From Cenococcum geophilum (Eukaryota): DNA of 64,000 nt. The position numbers and the translations under genes are program-made. The stretch covers positions 10,540,001 through 10,604,000 of the forward strand of contig CP158635.1 of NCBI GenBank assembly GCA_050273025.1, given 5' to 3'. A model generated the notes under the pieces. It was not told where the DNA came from and did not search any database. It was given only the letters and a program-made list of their open reading frames with translations. Within the stretch, counting starts at the first letter, position 1, and each line of letters opens with the position of its first letter. This document shows positions 62,519-64,000 of this stretch, piece after piece.

Positions 62519-63707
62519 GAAAGTAATAGGGTACTATTTACTATCCAGATATAGCTATAATAGAATTCTCGCTATAACCCCGTTAGAAGCGTCCGTTTTT
62601 AATATTAATTTAAGGTCAGGGTTATAGTAATAGAGGATTAGAAAAGAGATAAGCCAACCTTTTAGCTCTTTAAAGGCTTTTATATAGTCGTTATTAAAGA
62701 TAAAAGGCGTATTTTTCCAAGTAAGTCGTACCAGAGGCTTAGCTATAACTCTATAGTTATAAATAAACCAGTAGTAGGAGTTATAAAAGCCTAGGAAGAA
62801 CTAGATCCCCTTTATAGTATAAGGGGGTTTCTAGTTATAGATTGCCTTAACCTTCTTAGAATTAACCTTAATTTCTTCTATAGTAATAATAAATCTAAGA
62901 TACTTTATACGTTTTACCCTAAATTCGCATTTCTTAATATCTACTTATAGGCCTACGTTTTGTAGCGTCTCTAGGACCTTCTTAATATGCACTTTATACT
63001 TAAGTTTATTATCTAAGTATATAAGAATATTGTCTAGATAGGCCGTATAGAACTTATTAAGGTAGTTAAAGGGACGTTATTAATATATTTTTAGTATATA
63101 GCCGGCTTATTTATTGATTTAAAAGGGAGGTCTTTATATTTATAGGACCTATAGCGGGTACAGAATATTATTAAGTCTTTAGCTATAGTGTCTATATAAA
63201 TTTAATAAAAAGCTTAATAAATATTAAGCTTTATAAAGACCTTTACCTAATTTAAGCGTATAAGGGTCTTATTAATTAACGGAATAGAGTACCGGTTCTT
63301 TTAAGTAATAGCGTTTAACTTTTAATAGTTAATATAAAAATAAAGGCCGTTATTAGGTTTTTTTATAAATAGAATAGGGGAAGTAAAAAGGGCTTAGCTT
63401 AGCTTAATAAACCCTTTATTAAGGTTATTAATTAGGTACTACTTTATTACTTTAAGTTTATCTATAGTTTATTAATAAAGGGGGCTATAGCCTAGAGAGT
63501 TATTCGCCTTTAATTAGATCTTATAGTTATAGGTTTAGTAAGGGGGTAGCTAGTTAAAGGCCGCCTTTAAGTATACGTCCTTATATCCCAAGTAGATAGT
63601 AGGGAGAAGACGCTTAACTAGCTCCTTATTAGTTTCTTTAGATAGCCCTTTCTCCCTTTTACTAAAAATCTAGTTAATTTTATATAAGCTAGTTATAAAG
63701 ACCTTAT

Positions 63708-64000
63708 TGTTAGCGACTCAGTCAATTAAGGCATAAGTACGGCAAAAGGGACGCGTAAGCCTATATAATTGGATTGTCTACAAACAAGAATATAAAGCTA
63801 AAGAAAGGAAAGAAGAAGAAGGGGAGCGCCGCTTAAAGCTATATACGATCCTCTAGTTACATAACTACAACTATATAAAACTATTTAAAACTATCTAAAA
63901 TTGTCCACTATAATCTACCGTTTTCCACTAGTGCCGTAACATTACCCCCCCCCCTCTAAAAAAGCCTACCCTTAGGCTTTATCGCTAAAAGTCTTAGCAA
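63708..64000 (-). mobile_element. 3' LTR (63708-63941) and PPT of a C-family Gypsy element continuing beyond the window
   Basis: The reverse complement matches the ends of the C LTR (TGTTACGGCACT...GTCGCTAACA). It is followed on the + strand by a C-run, the complement of the G-run PPT. Confidence 0.88.

Larger units (their letters stand above)
58627..63707 (-). mobile_element. Ty3/Gypsy pol J (RT-RH-start of IN), C-like, truncated at the left and interrupted by a MITE, K and an LTR
   Basis: Reverse-strand RT motifs (YLD(D)ILIY ~63020-63043, GF..PS ~63400-63415), RNaseH, and integrase N-terminus (RL.VPDV ~59000, TVYP ~58935-58950). Confidence 0.8.

Overview
Fungal (filamentous ascomycete-type) genomic DNA. 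About 94% is a nest of transposable elements degraded by repeat-induced point mutation (RIP: CpA->TpA / TpG->TpA, in-frame TAA/TAG, AT-rich). Positions 1-53.9 kb are one Ty3/Gypsy pol region (A) split by nested insertions whose ends and target-site duplications (TSDs) can be read directly. These are an ORF1-only LINE derivative with a poly(A) tail, five full-length Gypsy chromoviruses (B, C, D, H, D2), one Copia (G), one Tad1-like LINE (F), two solo LTRs and a 1-kb non-coding SINE-like element (E). A small non-RIP island (~54.8-58.3 kb) holds an intronless secreted alpha/beta-hydrolase gene and a frameshifted membrane-protein remnant. A second, minus-strand nest follows (Gypsy pol, hAT-type MITE, non-autonomous LTR element, LTR). 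Highlights: (1) element E starts exactly at a well-formed HDV-like self-cleaving ribozyme fold and shares its 3' end with LINE F. (2) Both D-family Gypsy copies carry an antisense, apparently intron-containing Zn2Cys6-like/coiled-coil gene and a long Gag extension with three W/F-x2-C-x4-C-x2-H repeats. All calls were made by eye, with no database searches or folding software.
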